The notes below the pieces were generated by a model. It was not told where the DNA came from, searched no databases, and worked only from the letters and a program-made list of their open reading frames with translations. Position numbers and translations under genes: made by a program. This document shows positions 28,234 through 40,189 of a stretch of 64,000 nt of DNA, in pieces. Position 1 is the stretch's first letter, and each line of letters opens with the position of its first letter. The stretch lies in the NCBI RefSeq assembly GCF_033153115.1, contig NW_026889752.1:3410001-3474000 (forward strand). Direction: 5' to 3'. This stretch comes from Saccostrea echinata. Its lineage: Eukaryota.

Positions 28234-29262
28234 AAAAATAATAATAACGTAGAATAAACGTTTTATTTTTTTTTTTAAATCCTACCCACGGTATTGACGC
28301 GGGCATGATTTATTTAATAAAACATTTATTCTACTTTTTTTTTTTTTTTTGGAATTTTCATATGAAATACATTGTAAGTATAATGTGAATGTGTTCTAGA
28401 AGAAGAATAATTTATGAAAGAAGACAAATAAAGATATCTTTGGACTCGGAGTGTATCTTCGAAGGGGGGGGGGGGGGTCCTGTTAACAAGCATGCACCTT
28501 TGATGCAAAACTTTTAACTTGATTTAGTGCTGCATGTATATACAGTGTATTGTAATATTTTTATTCTGAAAATGTTGTTTGAAAGAAATGAAATATTTAT
28601 ATCCTATTAAAATTCTATTTCCTCCTACTCGGTAAATTTTAAATTGCCTTGAAGGTACCCTCCAAAAATTACGGAAATGTAAAGAAATAAATGTGCAGAA
28701 GGATAAAACGTACGCTCAATAAAGCTCGGAAATAAAAACAAAAATGCCGGAAATGCTATGCAAAATTCCGGGAATGAAATACAGCGCAAAATACACGTGT
28801 ATCTTCCTGTCATGTAACAGTTATGTAAGAAGAAATTGCTACCAACGAAAGATTTAATTGGAATAGAGTTTTGGATTTATTTTTGTAATTGTAAATGATG
28901 TAAATGTAAAATTCCTAAAGCAAAAAGAGATTGTAAATTTTCTATGATGGACAAAACTTTATTTTTTCATTCTCCGTATTTTTTTATCACTGAAAATTAG
29001 AGAACATTATCTAGAAATATTGAATTAAAAGCTTAATTTAATGTAGTATTAAGTTCTTTATTTAACTTATATGAACGGATAAAGTATCATTTTTCTTGAT
29101 TAAAAGAATGGTAGAAATGATTGCCTTTAATGCTAATTCGGCCTTTTGAAAACAATTTGTATATCAAAATTAGTTTATCCACGGAGTCAGCCATCTTTAA
29201 ATGTTATAGGGCTCATGCCTTTATTAAAATATTTATGCTCGATGATTAAAAAAATATTTTCT

Positions 29263-29300
<38 letters not shown>

Positions 29301-29478
29301 ACTTAGCGCCGTAAATACCTCCGATTTTTTGTTCTCCAAAATGTTTACATAACGTAAAATTACAAATTTGTTATAATACACGAAAATGTACAGTATTGAC
29401 GACCACAGTAAATGATTACAGTATATCATTTCCGGCTAAGATTTGAAGAAAATAACGCAACTTAAAATTATAGCATAT

Positions 29479-31380
29479 CTAATAATAGTCACAGCCATTA
29501 TAATAGCACCCTCCCTCGGAAACCGTACACGTGACATCCTTGATGAAATCATTTCTTTTCCAGTAGACCTCCTCACCTTCCAGTACGGTTTGGAGGACTT
29601 TGGTTTGATAAATGGAATCTTTATTAGAGGGATCCATGATGTCTGTATCGATTACGATAAAATCGGCATGTTTCCCTACTTCCAGAGACCCAACAACATC
29701 CTCCTGTCTCATAGCATAAGCGGCGTTGATTGTGTACATCTCCACGGCTGATTGAATAGTGATAGACTGATGACCTCTAGAAATGGCGTGCTGAAGGCCA
29801 ACAAAAGGGTTCAAGTCACTGACATCCCAGTCGCTGCTTAGTGTCACTTTAGCCCCAGTGTCATACACGCTCTTTACAGGAATGGAATTGTACGCCCTAT
29901 CTTTGCCTACCAATTTTGCAAGGTCTTTTCGGTAAGAGGGCAAAGTAAAGTTTCCGGCGACTTGAAAGTCGGCAATGACATTTAAACGTCTGAAGCGATT
30001 GATATCCAGTTCATCAACTTGCTCAAGGTGGGTCATTCGATGACGAGTGCCTTGGATCCACGAATCATTGAACGCATTTAGTGCTTGATGAACACCACGG
30101 TCACCAATTGCATGAATATGGAAATCAAAGCCTTTGCCTTCAGCAAAGTGCTGAAGTTCTCTGACGTACTTTGTTAAACGTGCTTGGTCAAAAATATTCA
30201 TGCCTCTGTTGTCAGGAATACCAGGTAAATGCAAGTTTTCCAAATAGGGTTCCTCCATGGCAGCGGTTGTACTTTCTAGCAAACCATCAATGTACACTTT
30301 GATTTGATTTTTCTTAAGAAAGCAATCTGGGTTACCGTTAGTGTACATGTCTTTCAGTTTTTGGATTTGATATCCATCTTCCTTCTGTGGATATGCCCAC
30401 AGTCCAAGATTAGCACGCACTGTTAATTTATCATCTCTGCATGCCCTATCCCATGCTTTGTCGTGGTTACGAGTCCAAAACAACCTGGCATCACATACTG
30501 AGGTTATGCCATTGGCGTTTAATTTTTCAAGACCATATATTAGTCCTTGATAGTTAAGTTCCTCCAACTCGGCCGTTGGCTTTAAGGCAAATTCCATTAT
30601 AGATATACCCTCATCCTCCAGCAGAATTCCATTAGGCTCATTGGTCATTGGTTCTCTCATGATAACACCTCCAGGTCTTCTTGTAGTGTATTTTGTGATA
30701 TTAGCCAGTTGAAGTGCCTTGGTATTCACCCAAACGGAATGCGACGTTTCCTCTAACATTACAACTGGGACATTTGGTAAAACTTCATCGATTATCTTCC
30801 TCGGTGGTTTCCCACCATTCCTAATGTGTTTCAAAATACTTGAAATTGAATGGCCGCCTCCTAGAATCCAGTTTGTTCCGATCTGCCTTTTGGCACAAGT
30901 TCTGAAAATGTTCTTAATTTCTTCGCTATCGGGATCTGTATTTGACTTAAGTTGACATGTAACACCGACCTCCGAGGCTGACTCCAGTGGATGAATGTGG
31001 ACATCATGAATTCCTGGCAGTATAGTTGCTCCATGAAGATCTAGTACCGTGCTCTGATACGTGAAATACTCCAAAGCTTCAGATGAAGTTCCTACGAAGT
31101 TAATTTTACCGCCTTTCACAACCATGGCTTCCTGTGGAATTTCATCCCAGCGTTTACCATGAACAGCATATATTTTTCCATTGGTGTATATTGTACTTTC
31201 TTCTCCTCTGTACCATCTCGGTTTTAATACTTTCCGTTCACACTGTTTCTGATCACCTAGTATGCACTCAATTCTCTTCAATAACCGATCTTTGCGAGGA
31301 AGTTGTTGATTGAGTTGAATACTTTTTCCAGCTGCAAATCCAAGCACACCGTAAGTCATCAAATAGACCGCAATTTTCAT
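29479..31380 (-). CDS. Secreted YtcJ-like metal-dependent amidohydrolase (Amidohydro_3 family), single coding exon, 633 aa
   Basis: Uninterrupted ORF with a signal-peptide-like start (MKIAVYLMTYGVLGFAAG). Family motifs: DLHGATILPGIHDVHIH, HSVWVNTKAL, GITSVCDA, IKVYIDG, FHIHAIGDRGV, RHRMTHLE, SSDW, MYTINAAY, GSLEVGKHADFIVID. Confidence 0.92.
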   Translation of the reverse strand: MKIAVYLMTYGVLGFAAGKSIQLNQQLPRKDRLLKRIECILGDQKQCERKVLKPRWYRGEESTIYTNGKIYAVHGKRWDEIPQEAMVVKGGKINFVGTSSEALEYFTYQSTVLDLHGATILPGIHDVHIHPLESASEVGVTCQLKSNTDPDSEEIKNIFRTCAKRQIGTNWILGGGHSISSILKHIRNGGKPPRKIIDEVLPNVPVVMLEETSHSVWVNTKALQLANITKYTTRRPGGVIMREPMTNEPNGILLEDEGISIMEFALKPTAELEELNYQGLIYGLEKLNANGITSVCDARLFWTRNHDKAWDRACRDDKLTVRANLGLWAYPQKEDGYQIQKLKDMYTNGNPDCFLKKNQIKVYIDGLLESTTAAMEEPYLENLHLPGIPDNRGMNIFDQARLTKYVRELQHFAEGKGFDFHIHAIGDRGVHQALNAFNDSWIQGTRHRMTHLEQVDELDINRFRRLNVIADFQVAGNFTLPSYRKDLAKLVGKDRAYNSIPVKSVYDTGAKVTLSSDWDVSDLNPFVGLQHAISRGHQSITIQSAVEMYTINAAYAMRQEDVVGSLEVGKHADFIVIDTDIMDPSNKDSIYQTKVLQTVLEGEEVYWKRNDFIKDVTCTVSEGGCYYNGCDYY

Positions 31381-32481
31381 GTTGCTGATGATCTCGTTCC
31401 GAAAACTGTAGTCAGCAATTTGACCAAAACTGGTTGATTATCTTTTTTCAGGTGTGTATTCAATTCCACTTATATGTCGGAGGATAATTTTACGGAAACA
31501 CAACGGAAACAAAATCAATTTTATTAAAATACAATACCAAATTTGACAACAGCAGTCCGGAAACGTTTTATTTGCTCACGTAGTTTTCAACATGTTACAG
31601 CAAGTCGTGAGCTCACAGTTTATACGAAATCCCACATGGAATGTAAAGATGATTAATTGTTCATGTTATATATATGCTTTTTTTTTGCACACCATCAAGC
31701 TGCCGTAACCGTTTTTTGTAAATATTAGACAATAAATAACATCTGAGTCAACAAGTATTTGGTTCAACATGTTCAAAGCGTTCAAAAGAATTTTCTGTGA
31801 GAAAAAAAGTTGGAAAAGTATATACATGTACAAGTTAAGTGCAGTAAGTTATTTAAGGGATATTGAGACAAGGATAAACATTGGAAGGAATGCACAAAAA
31901 TTTTCAAAATGGGTGCTTTTCTTCTTTTTTTATGTGTCAATACCACATATTAAATAACATCAACGACGTTTTTGCTCCAGTGCACACAAACAGATCCGCA
32001 CATTCTTTAGACAGAACAAAGTGAAATACAGGCAATGCACTTTATATTAAAGAATATGAAATGAAGTTCTAATAAAGTGTCGAAATTTTTGAACACATTT
32101 GTTGAAATAAAAAAAATAAACTTTTCCTTTTTTCATTGTAGTAGTTATCTTTCTTTTTGAATATTTATTAATTTTGTTGTTGTTTTTTTTAAATATGTAA
32201 TTTTTAAGATATGGTACCTGGCATATACTCTCAGGAATAATGTTCAAGACATCGAAATTCTGATGAACAGATATAACGTTAACTGTTGTTCACTTAATAG
32301 GTAACAATACATGAAAGTAAATATCTTCTCCTATTCATATATTAGGTAACTTATTGAGAAAATAAACTGTAAAGTACAATTTATTTCAATTTATATCTTA
32401 GAACATTTTACTCGATCTGCCAAAAAATACCAACGAATTAGAATTCCTAAGTGTGCAGTGTATAGAGAGTTCTCAATATAA

Positions 32482-32518
<37 letters not shown>
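32482..32518. repeat. (CT)n microsatellite in the amidohydrolase/TLR divergent intergenic region
   Basis: CT dinucleotide run. Confidence 0.85.
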
Positions 32519-32865
32519 AGAGGATATGTAATGGGAAGTGCAATTTTTTAAATTTCGATTTCCTTATCTAACCACCTCTGATAAATCTTTGTTATATAAT
32601 GAATGACTATTAAGAGAAGTTCTCTATCAGGCATAAATACGTTATGCCTTGCAGACCCCAATGAATTCAATTCCGTGATTTAAATGTTTTAATATTCATT
32701 GAAGCGCTAGCGTTCGAATAATACTATAACGGCGACCTTTAATCCCCATTTTCAACGAGGCTGTTTTTCCCATTCATCCTTTTTAACTTCCGTGTTTATT
32801 AATATTATAAGATAAAGATTATTTTTACTTCCCTGGCTTATGCTGAGAAAATTAAGGTGAACAGC

Positions 32866-35529
32866 ATGGTCAAGATTGCTACTCAAAGTGTCTTCCATAT
32901 ATTATGTACATTATATGCATTGTTTGTTCCTTGTTCATCCTATGGAGGCAGTTTTCACCGTGAGGACCATGGTGAGTGGAAACCCTGCAATTTCAGTGAA
33001 ACAACTTGTATATGTTTGGAATCAGACGAGGGGTTATTAAAGGCAGACTGCTCGCATTTACGTTTGACTCAAGTTCCGATATTTCCACCTAATGTTATCT
33101 GGATCAATCTACAATTTAACTTTATTGAAAATATTTCGGTCAGTTATCCGAAAAACTTGAAGCATTTGGATCTTTCTCACAACGGCATAAATTCTCTAAA
33201 AGATAATCCTTTTGGCAACATCCCAAGGCTAAAGTATTTGGATATATCTAGTAATAAACTTAGTCTGAGTGAGACAAATTTTTATCCAGGACTTTTTAAA
33301 TCTTTAGAATCCTTACGTTGTGTGAACTTGAAAAACAATTCTGTACAGTTGCAAGGAAACTGGAGTTATCTTGGAGAAATTCTCAGTGAATTGATTTCGT
33401 TAAAGGAACTAAGAATGGATGCAGTGGGTAACTTTGTACTTTCAAAAGGCTTTAGCAACCTGAAGAATCTTATTCTGTTGGACCTCTCCGGTTTTAGAGG
33501 ACATTGTGAAACTATAAAAATTACACACGACTTTTTTCTCAATACACCATACCTTGAACATCTAGATCTTTCATCTTGTAAAATCAAACATATTGAGAGA
33601 GGAGCATTTGGAGTTTTAAGGAATTTGAAATCGCTGGATATTTCTTACAACAAAGAATTGGGTTTTGCTTCTCTCCCAAATGTAACATGTAATCTAACGG
33701 GAACATTAATCAAAAGGCTTAATTTGCATAATATTAACTGCTTGACGGGATTAGGAAAACGACTGTTAATTCGCCATGTCATTAACCTGAGAAAAACCAA
33801 GTTAGAAGAGATGATTTTATCCAGAAATAGGTTGGAACTGTTCGAAAGAGGTCTTGTACGATATTTACCGCCAACCCTTCAAAGGTTATCGTTGGCTGAG
33901 AATAAACTTCTACAAGGCCCATACATAGCGGACTTTATTGGTTTTCATAATTTGACTATGTTTAATATGAGTCTACAGTTTCAGCCACCAGAATACGTTA
34001 CTGCAGTCTTCGAGCTTTGCAAAGAAAATCAAGATGATCCGGAGACTTTTAACATCACAATGCACAGGGATTCTACAAATTTCTCAACCTTTCTCCACAA
34101 CTTTGGAAAATCGTATAGCACAAAGGTTTCTCATTGGAAACCAGTTATATATGTACATTGCCCTGAAAATCTCCAAACAATATATGCAAATAACAGTAGA
34201 CTGTATTCCAAGATATCTGCAATTGGTCTAATTGCACCAAAATTGAGGCACATGTTTTTTCAAGATAATATATTGAATGAATGGATAGGACCAGTGTACG
34301 GAATACAAAATGTCAGTCTTATTGATCTTTCCAATAATTTCTGCACGAAACTGTCATCCGACTTCTTTGTTAATGCAACAGGACTTCTGCATCTCAATAT
34401 TTCAAGAAACTCTATTGGAGATAACCTGGAAAGCGACGTGAATGGACTTATATTTAGAAATTTGGTTTCGTTGGAGACTTTGGACTTAAGCTCTAATAAG
34501 ATTTATCATTTGCCTTATTTACTTCTGAAAAGGTCTTGGAATATCAAAGCGTTGATTCTTAACAATAATCAACTTTCTGAGTGGAATGTTCATGTGGGAC
34601 ATATGCGTCACTTAAAACATCTTGATTTATCTGAAAATAGAATAGATTCTATCAGGGATGAAATCAGAAAGGAACTAACTAATTTGATAAAACTGAAAAA
34701 CACTTCCATAGATCTATCTGGGAATAACGTTGACTGTTCATGTGAAAATGTTCCATATATCAAGTGGATGGTTGAACATAAAGAAAATTTCAAAAGATTT
34801 GATGACTACAAATGTGCCATAAAAAGCCAGAAAAATTTTAATTTCACCGATCCTGTAACATCTCTTAAATCTTTGGTAGTAGAATGTCGGTCTTATACGA
34901 CCTTTTATATTGTTGGATCCATCGTCTTGACCGTTCTAATTTTTGTGGTCATTGCAGTGATGGTGAAAAGAAATATTTGGACAATAAGATTTACTATCTA
35001 TCAATGTAAACAAAAACTGAAGACAGGAGGTCGATATATGCAAATATTATATCAGAGGAATCGATTAAATTACACTTATGACATTTTTATTTCATATTCT
35101 GCTCGGGATCGAGAATTCGTTTTGAATAAACTTTTTTTGAAATTAGAAGAATTAAATCTTGACGTTTGTATTCGTGAGAGAGACTTTCTACCTGGCCGTG
35201 AAAAAGCTGACAATATCATGGACGCAATAGAGAGCAGCAAAATGACTCTTTGTGTTGTTTCGGAATCTTACATGCGTTCTGGCTGGAGGGACTACGAGTT
35301 AAACATGGCGAAACTCGAGGGTATAAAAAAGAGAGGAGGACTTCATTATGTATATTTAATCATTCTTCCGGGAGCCTACGATTTTAAGCGAAAGTGTCCG
35401 AATTCCTTGAAGGATTTGATCAACGAAAATTATTTTTGTCAACATCCTTCTGAAGAATCTAGGGCCGTATTGGAAACATTTTGGAATGAGTTTTCCAGTG
35501 TTGTTGCACATAAAATGAAAACTTTGTAG
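32866..35529 (+). CDS. Toll-like receptor TLR-A (intronless; LRR-TM-TIR, single-cysteine-cluster type)
   Basis: First ATG at 32866 (the ORF track starts at GTG 32857). Signal peptide, LRR-NT cysteines, many LxxLxLSxN repeats, LRR-CT (NNVDCSC), TM (FYIVGSIVLTVLIFVVIAVMV), and TIR (YDIFISYS, RDFLPG, WRDYEL, FW). Confidence 0.95.
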   Translation: MVKIATQSVFHILCTLYALFVPCSSYGGSFHREDHGEWKPCNFSETTCICLESDEGLLKADCSHLRLTQVPIFPPNVIWINLQFNFIENISVSYPKNLKHLDLSHNGINSLKDNPFGNIPRLKYLDISSNKLSLSETNFYPGLFKSLESLRCVNLKNNSVQLQGNWSYLGEILSELISLKELRMDAVGNFVLSKGFSNLKNLILLDLSGFRGHCETIKITHDFFLNTPYLEHLDLSSCKIKHIERGAFGVLRNLKSLDISYNKELGFASLPNVTCNLTGTLIKRLNLHNINCLTGLGKRLLIRHVINLRKTKLEEMILSRNRLELFERGLVRYLPPTLQRLSLAENKLLQGPYIADFIGFHNLTMFNMSLQFQPPEYVTAVFELCKENQDDPETFNITMHRDSTNFSTFLHNFGKSYSTKVSHWKPVIYVHCPENLQTIYANNSRLYSKISAIGLIAPKLRHMFFQDNILNEWIGPVYGIQNVSLIDLSNNFCTKLSSDFFVNATGLLHLNISRNSIGDNLESDVNGLIFRNLVSLETLDLSSNKIYHLPYLLLKRSWNIKALILNNNQLSEWNVHVGHMRHLKHLDLSENRIDSIRDEIRKELTNLIKLKNTSIDLSGNNVDCSCENVPYIKWMVEHKENFKRFDDYKCAIKSQKNFNFTDPVTSLKSLVVECRSYTTFYIVGSIVLTVLIFVVIAVMVKRNIWTIRFTIYQCKQKLKTGGRYMQILYQRNRLNYTYDIFISYSARDREFVLNKLFLKLEELNLDVCIRERDFLPGREKADNIMDAIESSKMTLCVVSESYMRSGWRDYELNMAKLEGIKKRGGLHYVYLIILPGAYDFKRKCPNSLKDLINENYFCQHPSEESRAVLETFWNEFSSVVAHKMKTL

Positions 35530-36847
35530 TATTTAACTTTGACCTTTATTACCATAGAAAGAAAAAAAATCAACAATTCAAACTACAATTTTAGTCATAT
35601 GTAACTGTGTCGAAGTTAAAATGGGGCAAAATTGTTTGCAAGTCTGAAAGGGCAAAATAAACACGGGGCAAAAATAACCCTGTATACAGTATATAATAGT
35701 CTGTCGATTTATTTTTAAAAGAGAAAGAATGAATAAACAGAGTTACTTTTTTATGTTTTTAGTGGTACATTTGAAATTAATTTTAAACAATATTAAAAAG
35801 GGTACTTAATTCTTTTGAACTTAGATATAGTATATGCTGCCAAGAGTAATACAGAAAGAATTAAGACACATGACAATAAAATTTAACATCATTAGAGACA
35901 TAAGAAAATTGATCAATTAAGTTACAAGCTTGACCAAGAACCAGCTTGTGTTTTTCAAAACAGAATTTTAGATTTCGTCATTTGATTACTGTAGAGTCCT
36001 ATATATATATACTATATCCTATAAGTACTCGCGTAAGATAAGGAATCTACAGTATTCATTTTGTTTTTTGACAATCTAAAATGATCTTCGCTGCAAAACG
36101 TGAAGACTTTATTAAATAATCAAACTTAATCCAGTTAACAGATTTATAAAAAGTTTATTTACTGTGTAAAACAGTCACTTTTCAAAAGTGTATGTTATTA
36201 TAGTAAATTATTTCGTCACGATTCTCAAATTTGATTAATAAGTGTTCCTTCTTAAATACTAGAACATTCCGTTGTAAAAGAGAAACTATTACATACACTC
36301 TGCCGGACTTAATATGTTTATCATTGTATTTGATTAAGATTTGACTCCACTAGTGCTGTGCGCCTTGTTAGCAAAATGTACAGCTAAATGTTTAGCTTAA
36401 TCACGTGGAAATAAAGTATGATTTACTGTACATACATGACGTGTTTATACAACACGCACAAGGATATGGGTTTTTTTAGATATCTTTCTAAGGCCAGATC
36501 TTTTCCTACATCTAGCGATTGTTCTTGTAATTCCTGTTTAATCTGAAAACTCTTAATTAGCACAGAACAAATGTATTTAGGAAAAGAGTACTAACTGAAA
36601 ATTTCTGAAAACGATAGCATTTGTGAAGATTATTGATATAAATTATTGTAAAATACGAGCAGTGTTCACTAAAATAATGTCATTTCACCCTTTTCGCGTT
36701 AAAATCATGTACATATCTTACTGAATCCACGTTAACACGTTAGATTGATCACTGAACCGTAGCGGAAGAAAATTTCATGATCACAATTTCGCTGACTTAG
36801 CTACAGTGTTCATTGCTTCAAAGCGTATTTGTTACACTATACTCAAA

Positions 36848-37915
36848 ATGACTGGAAAAAGAGTAAACAAAGCACTTGAAATTATGGTTTATATAAAAGT
36901 TAGGTTCTTACCTGGCAAAAAACCCGTAGATATTTATCGTGAGGTCTGTGACATCTATGGGAATGGTCAAATGTCTCATAGGTCTGTTTATAGGCGGGTT
37001 GCTAAATCTAACACAGGTTACGAACACCTCAAACATGCTGCTCGCCAAGAACGCCCTTCAAAAGTTACAACCAATAATAACATCGTATAAATCCGCCAAT
37101 CTTACAAAAAGACGCAAGATATACAGTGATGCAATTGGCTCGGATGACAAACTTGTCGTTAGCACGTGCAGTGTTCATGGTATTTTGAGAAGAAGTCTTA
37201 AGCTTAGAAAGATAAACGCTAGGTGGATACCTCAATTGCTTAGCAGTGAACAAAAGAGAGTCCGCGTTGAAAATGCGAAGAAATTATTAAAATTGTATCC
37301 AAAATATACCAAGAAGACTTTTGATAATTTAGTTACTGTTGATGAGACCTGGGTATACGATTTTGAGCCAAAACGTAAGAGTTATAACAGAATCTGTGCA
37401 ACAAAGAATGCAAAACGTCCTAGTATTGCAAAGATTACGAACCGCGAAGAAGGTTTTACATGTTATTTTCTTTGACAAGAAAGGCCCTGTCATGTGCCAA
37501 AGGGCAAAACAGTCACAGGTAACTTTTATAAAAATGTTGTTATTGAGAAACTGAAATGATATTACGAAAGTCGTTGCCCCAATCCGGATATGAAGTGTAT
37601 TTTGAACGACAGTTCGCCTGTACACAAAGCACGCATTGTGACCGAGTATTTGGAGGCGGTAAAGGTTACTGTCCTACCACCCCCTCCCAGTTTTCTTCAG
37701 ATTAAGCCCCATGTGACTTCTTTCTGTTCCCCAAACTTAAATTCCACCTATCTGGAAAAATATACAAAATCACGAAATGACTTTTGGTCTGCAATTTATC
37801 AGTATATGCTGGGTGTCCCTCTTCAGGAGTATGAAAAATGTTTCTAGAAGTGGATTGATGGCCTAAAAAGTGTATCCAGACAAAAGGGTGAGTATTTGAA
37901 GGCGAGGGACGAATA
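36848..37915 (+). pseudogene. Mariner transposase remnant
   Basis: HTH-like start (DIYREVCDIYG), ARWIPQLL (WVPHEL motif), VTVDETWVYDFEP, NDSSPVH and SD*APCDFFLFPKLK (YSPDLAP-D motif), split over several frames with stops. Confidence 0.85.
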
Positions 37916-37956
37916 AAAGGATTGCAAGGATTAATAAATGTGCGCAGGTGAGTTAA

Positions 37957-39657
37957 GACTAGATATAGGCATTTCTATGCAAATAAACAAATTAAAATGC
38001 TTAAGGTCTATATCTATTATACAGAGGAAGTTAGAACTTATTTTGTCTAATACATACATGGTAACCACGACATGAGATACCCAGTACACATTATGATGTC
38101 ATATTATGACGTTATTGTTCTTTACTACACAGGATTATAATGGACATCAACAAAAAAGCTTCGGCGCAAGAGCATGCTCTATTTTATTTTACCGAAACAA
38201 TGTGTTTTTAGAGACGAAATATTCCAAAGATTGCTGGTATTGCTGCACAAATATCAACAGCTCAGTTGTATACACAGCACAGTTAAGGCTGCAGTAATGA
38301 GGCGGGGCCTAATTTATACGATAAATGCTTATTATGACATCACACAAAAATCTAAGTTCTTCAAATTACCGCAAAATGAAATGATCTGCTATTTTAAACT
38401 TATGAATAGCTTTAAACTACATCAATACTAACTAGTGCATGGATTATTGTCGTTGGTTAAATCCCACACAGCAATATATAAACAATTCACTGATCGCAAT
38501 GCACTTGTCAATGTGACGTCATATCGGAAAATTTGATGCAGTTTGTATGCAGTGAGAGGCGGATCAAGTTATATTTATACAATGAAAAATGTATTTTGTA
38601 ATAAAATAAAATATAAATTGTAGATATATAAGAGGCCATTAACTTTGATGCGATGTCTGTTTTATGATTGTATTCATATACTTCCCGTACATTCCCTAGA
38701 CAAGCGATACTGTCGTATATTTGTATGCAGATTCATTGAAGGGTAATAGAAGGGTCGTAATAAATCGATATATAGCAAGGGCATACCCTCAACGAATTAT
38801 GACAAGCTTTTACACATAAACTCAAGAAGTATGAAAATATTTGAAAAGTGCTGCGAACCTGTTGAAATCTTGCAAATGTTTTAATTATATCTATATTAAA
38901 TGTACTTGACCAGCAAAATATTCAACATACGGTCTAACAAATGTAACTTTAGCAATTAGACAGTAGGTTCGCAGCACTTTTCACAAACTACAAAGAGTGT
39001 TGAAAATAATTATATGTTAAACTTAGATTTTTAACTTGGTTATGCCCTTGCAATATAAGAATTTATAGATGATCCCAATACTTCAGGTATATTTGCTAAA
39101 GTCACGTGACTGCCACATCATGTGACAAGTCTTAATGAGAAATCTAATCGTCCTCAACATTTAGTTTTCATCCACATTGCAATTCTCCGATAATAGTAAA
39201 GTCCTAAAAAGAAATGCCCATCCTTGTAAAGAATGTATTTGCTATCTAAAAAATTCGCCGATATTTCCATTTGGCACCTTAACTGTGCTGCGTAATTTCT
39301 AATTGTAAAGTTTTAGGTTGAATCAGGGTAAACATATACAGTCCGGTATAAGTTTCCTCAAAATCCGATCAAATGAGAAAATGTCTAGGATTTGTGCAGC
39401 AGTTTTATTAATTTATAGAATATTCTTCTTTGCGTTATACACTTTTTATGCAAAAATAAATAGGGTAATCCCTTGCTCCGAAGCTGTTTTTGTTGATGTG
39501 TTTTATTACCTCCAGTAGGTAAGATAAACGACGTCATAATGTGTACTGGCTATAACATATCGTGGGTACCAAGTGTGCATAAGAAACAAATCAAAACTTT
39601 CTCTGAATAATAAATATACCTCTTAGCTCATTTGCATAGAAACGCCTATACCTAGCC
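37957..39657. mobile_element. TTAA-flanked inverted-repeat non-autonomous element nested in the mariner 3' end
   Basis: TTAA at 37953-37956 and 39658-39661. Inverted ends are gactagatataggcatttctatgcaaat and atttgcatagaaacgcctatacctagcc. Related copies lie at about 56830-57690 and 59850-60372. Confidence 0.8.
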
Positions 39658-39904
39658 TTAACTTACATACGTGGATGAAAAAAGTGTCAAGTGTCATTAT
39701 TATCGGAACATTCCTCGTATATCAAGTGCTTGAATTTTTAAAATATTGTTGCAAAGCACTTCAATAAATCTAGACTTTTTAAAGAAGAGAGGATTAGAAT
39801 TAGACGATTTGAAAGGATAGTCTTATCACTTATTTCTATAATTTGTCACAAGTGTTATTCGATTGAAATACATGAATACCGCAGGAAAGTTGCTTGCTTT
39901 TTCT

Positions 39905-39947
<43 letters not shown>

Positions 39948-40189
39948 ATGAGATGCTTGGGAATCTGAACTCAGAAACCACTAGACGATTTTTGTCTGTC
40001 AAACGAGAGACTTGTTTACATACAGATACATTTCAAAGCATGATATTGTACTAAAGTAGGTCACTACTAACCGTTATTTTTCTTTCAAAAATTGAACTCC
40101 CAGAAGACGGCATTCAAAGACTTGTTATATTTACAAATTCAAATATGTATACAAATACTTCAAAACACTGTTTACACGATCAGTATGTA

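Larger units (their letters stand above)
36656..39717 (+). mobile_element. Degenerate mariner (Tc1/mariner) element with a nested insertion
   Basis: TA-flanked imperfect terminal inverted repeats: ta|cgagcagtgttcactaaaataatgtca and tgtcattattatcggaacattcctcg|ta. A frameshifted transposase lies inside. Confidence 0.8.

Noticed and set aside
27749-28252. 167-aa ORF upstream of MVP
   Set aside because: It starts with TTG, is low in complexity, runs through a (TA)n microsatellite and shows no recognisable domain.
29479-31380. Amidohydrolase as bacterial contamination
   Set aside because: It is continuous with microsatellite- and homopolymer-containing animal DNA, has no adjacent gap and has no operon neighbours.
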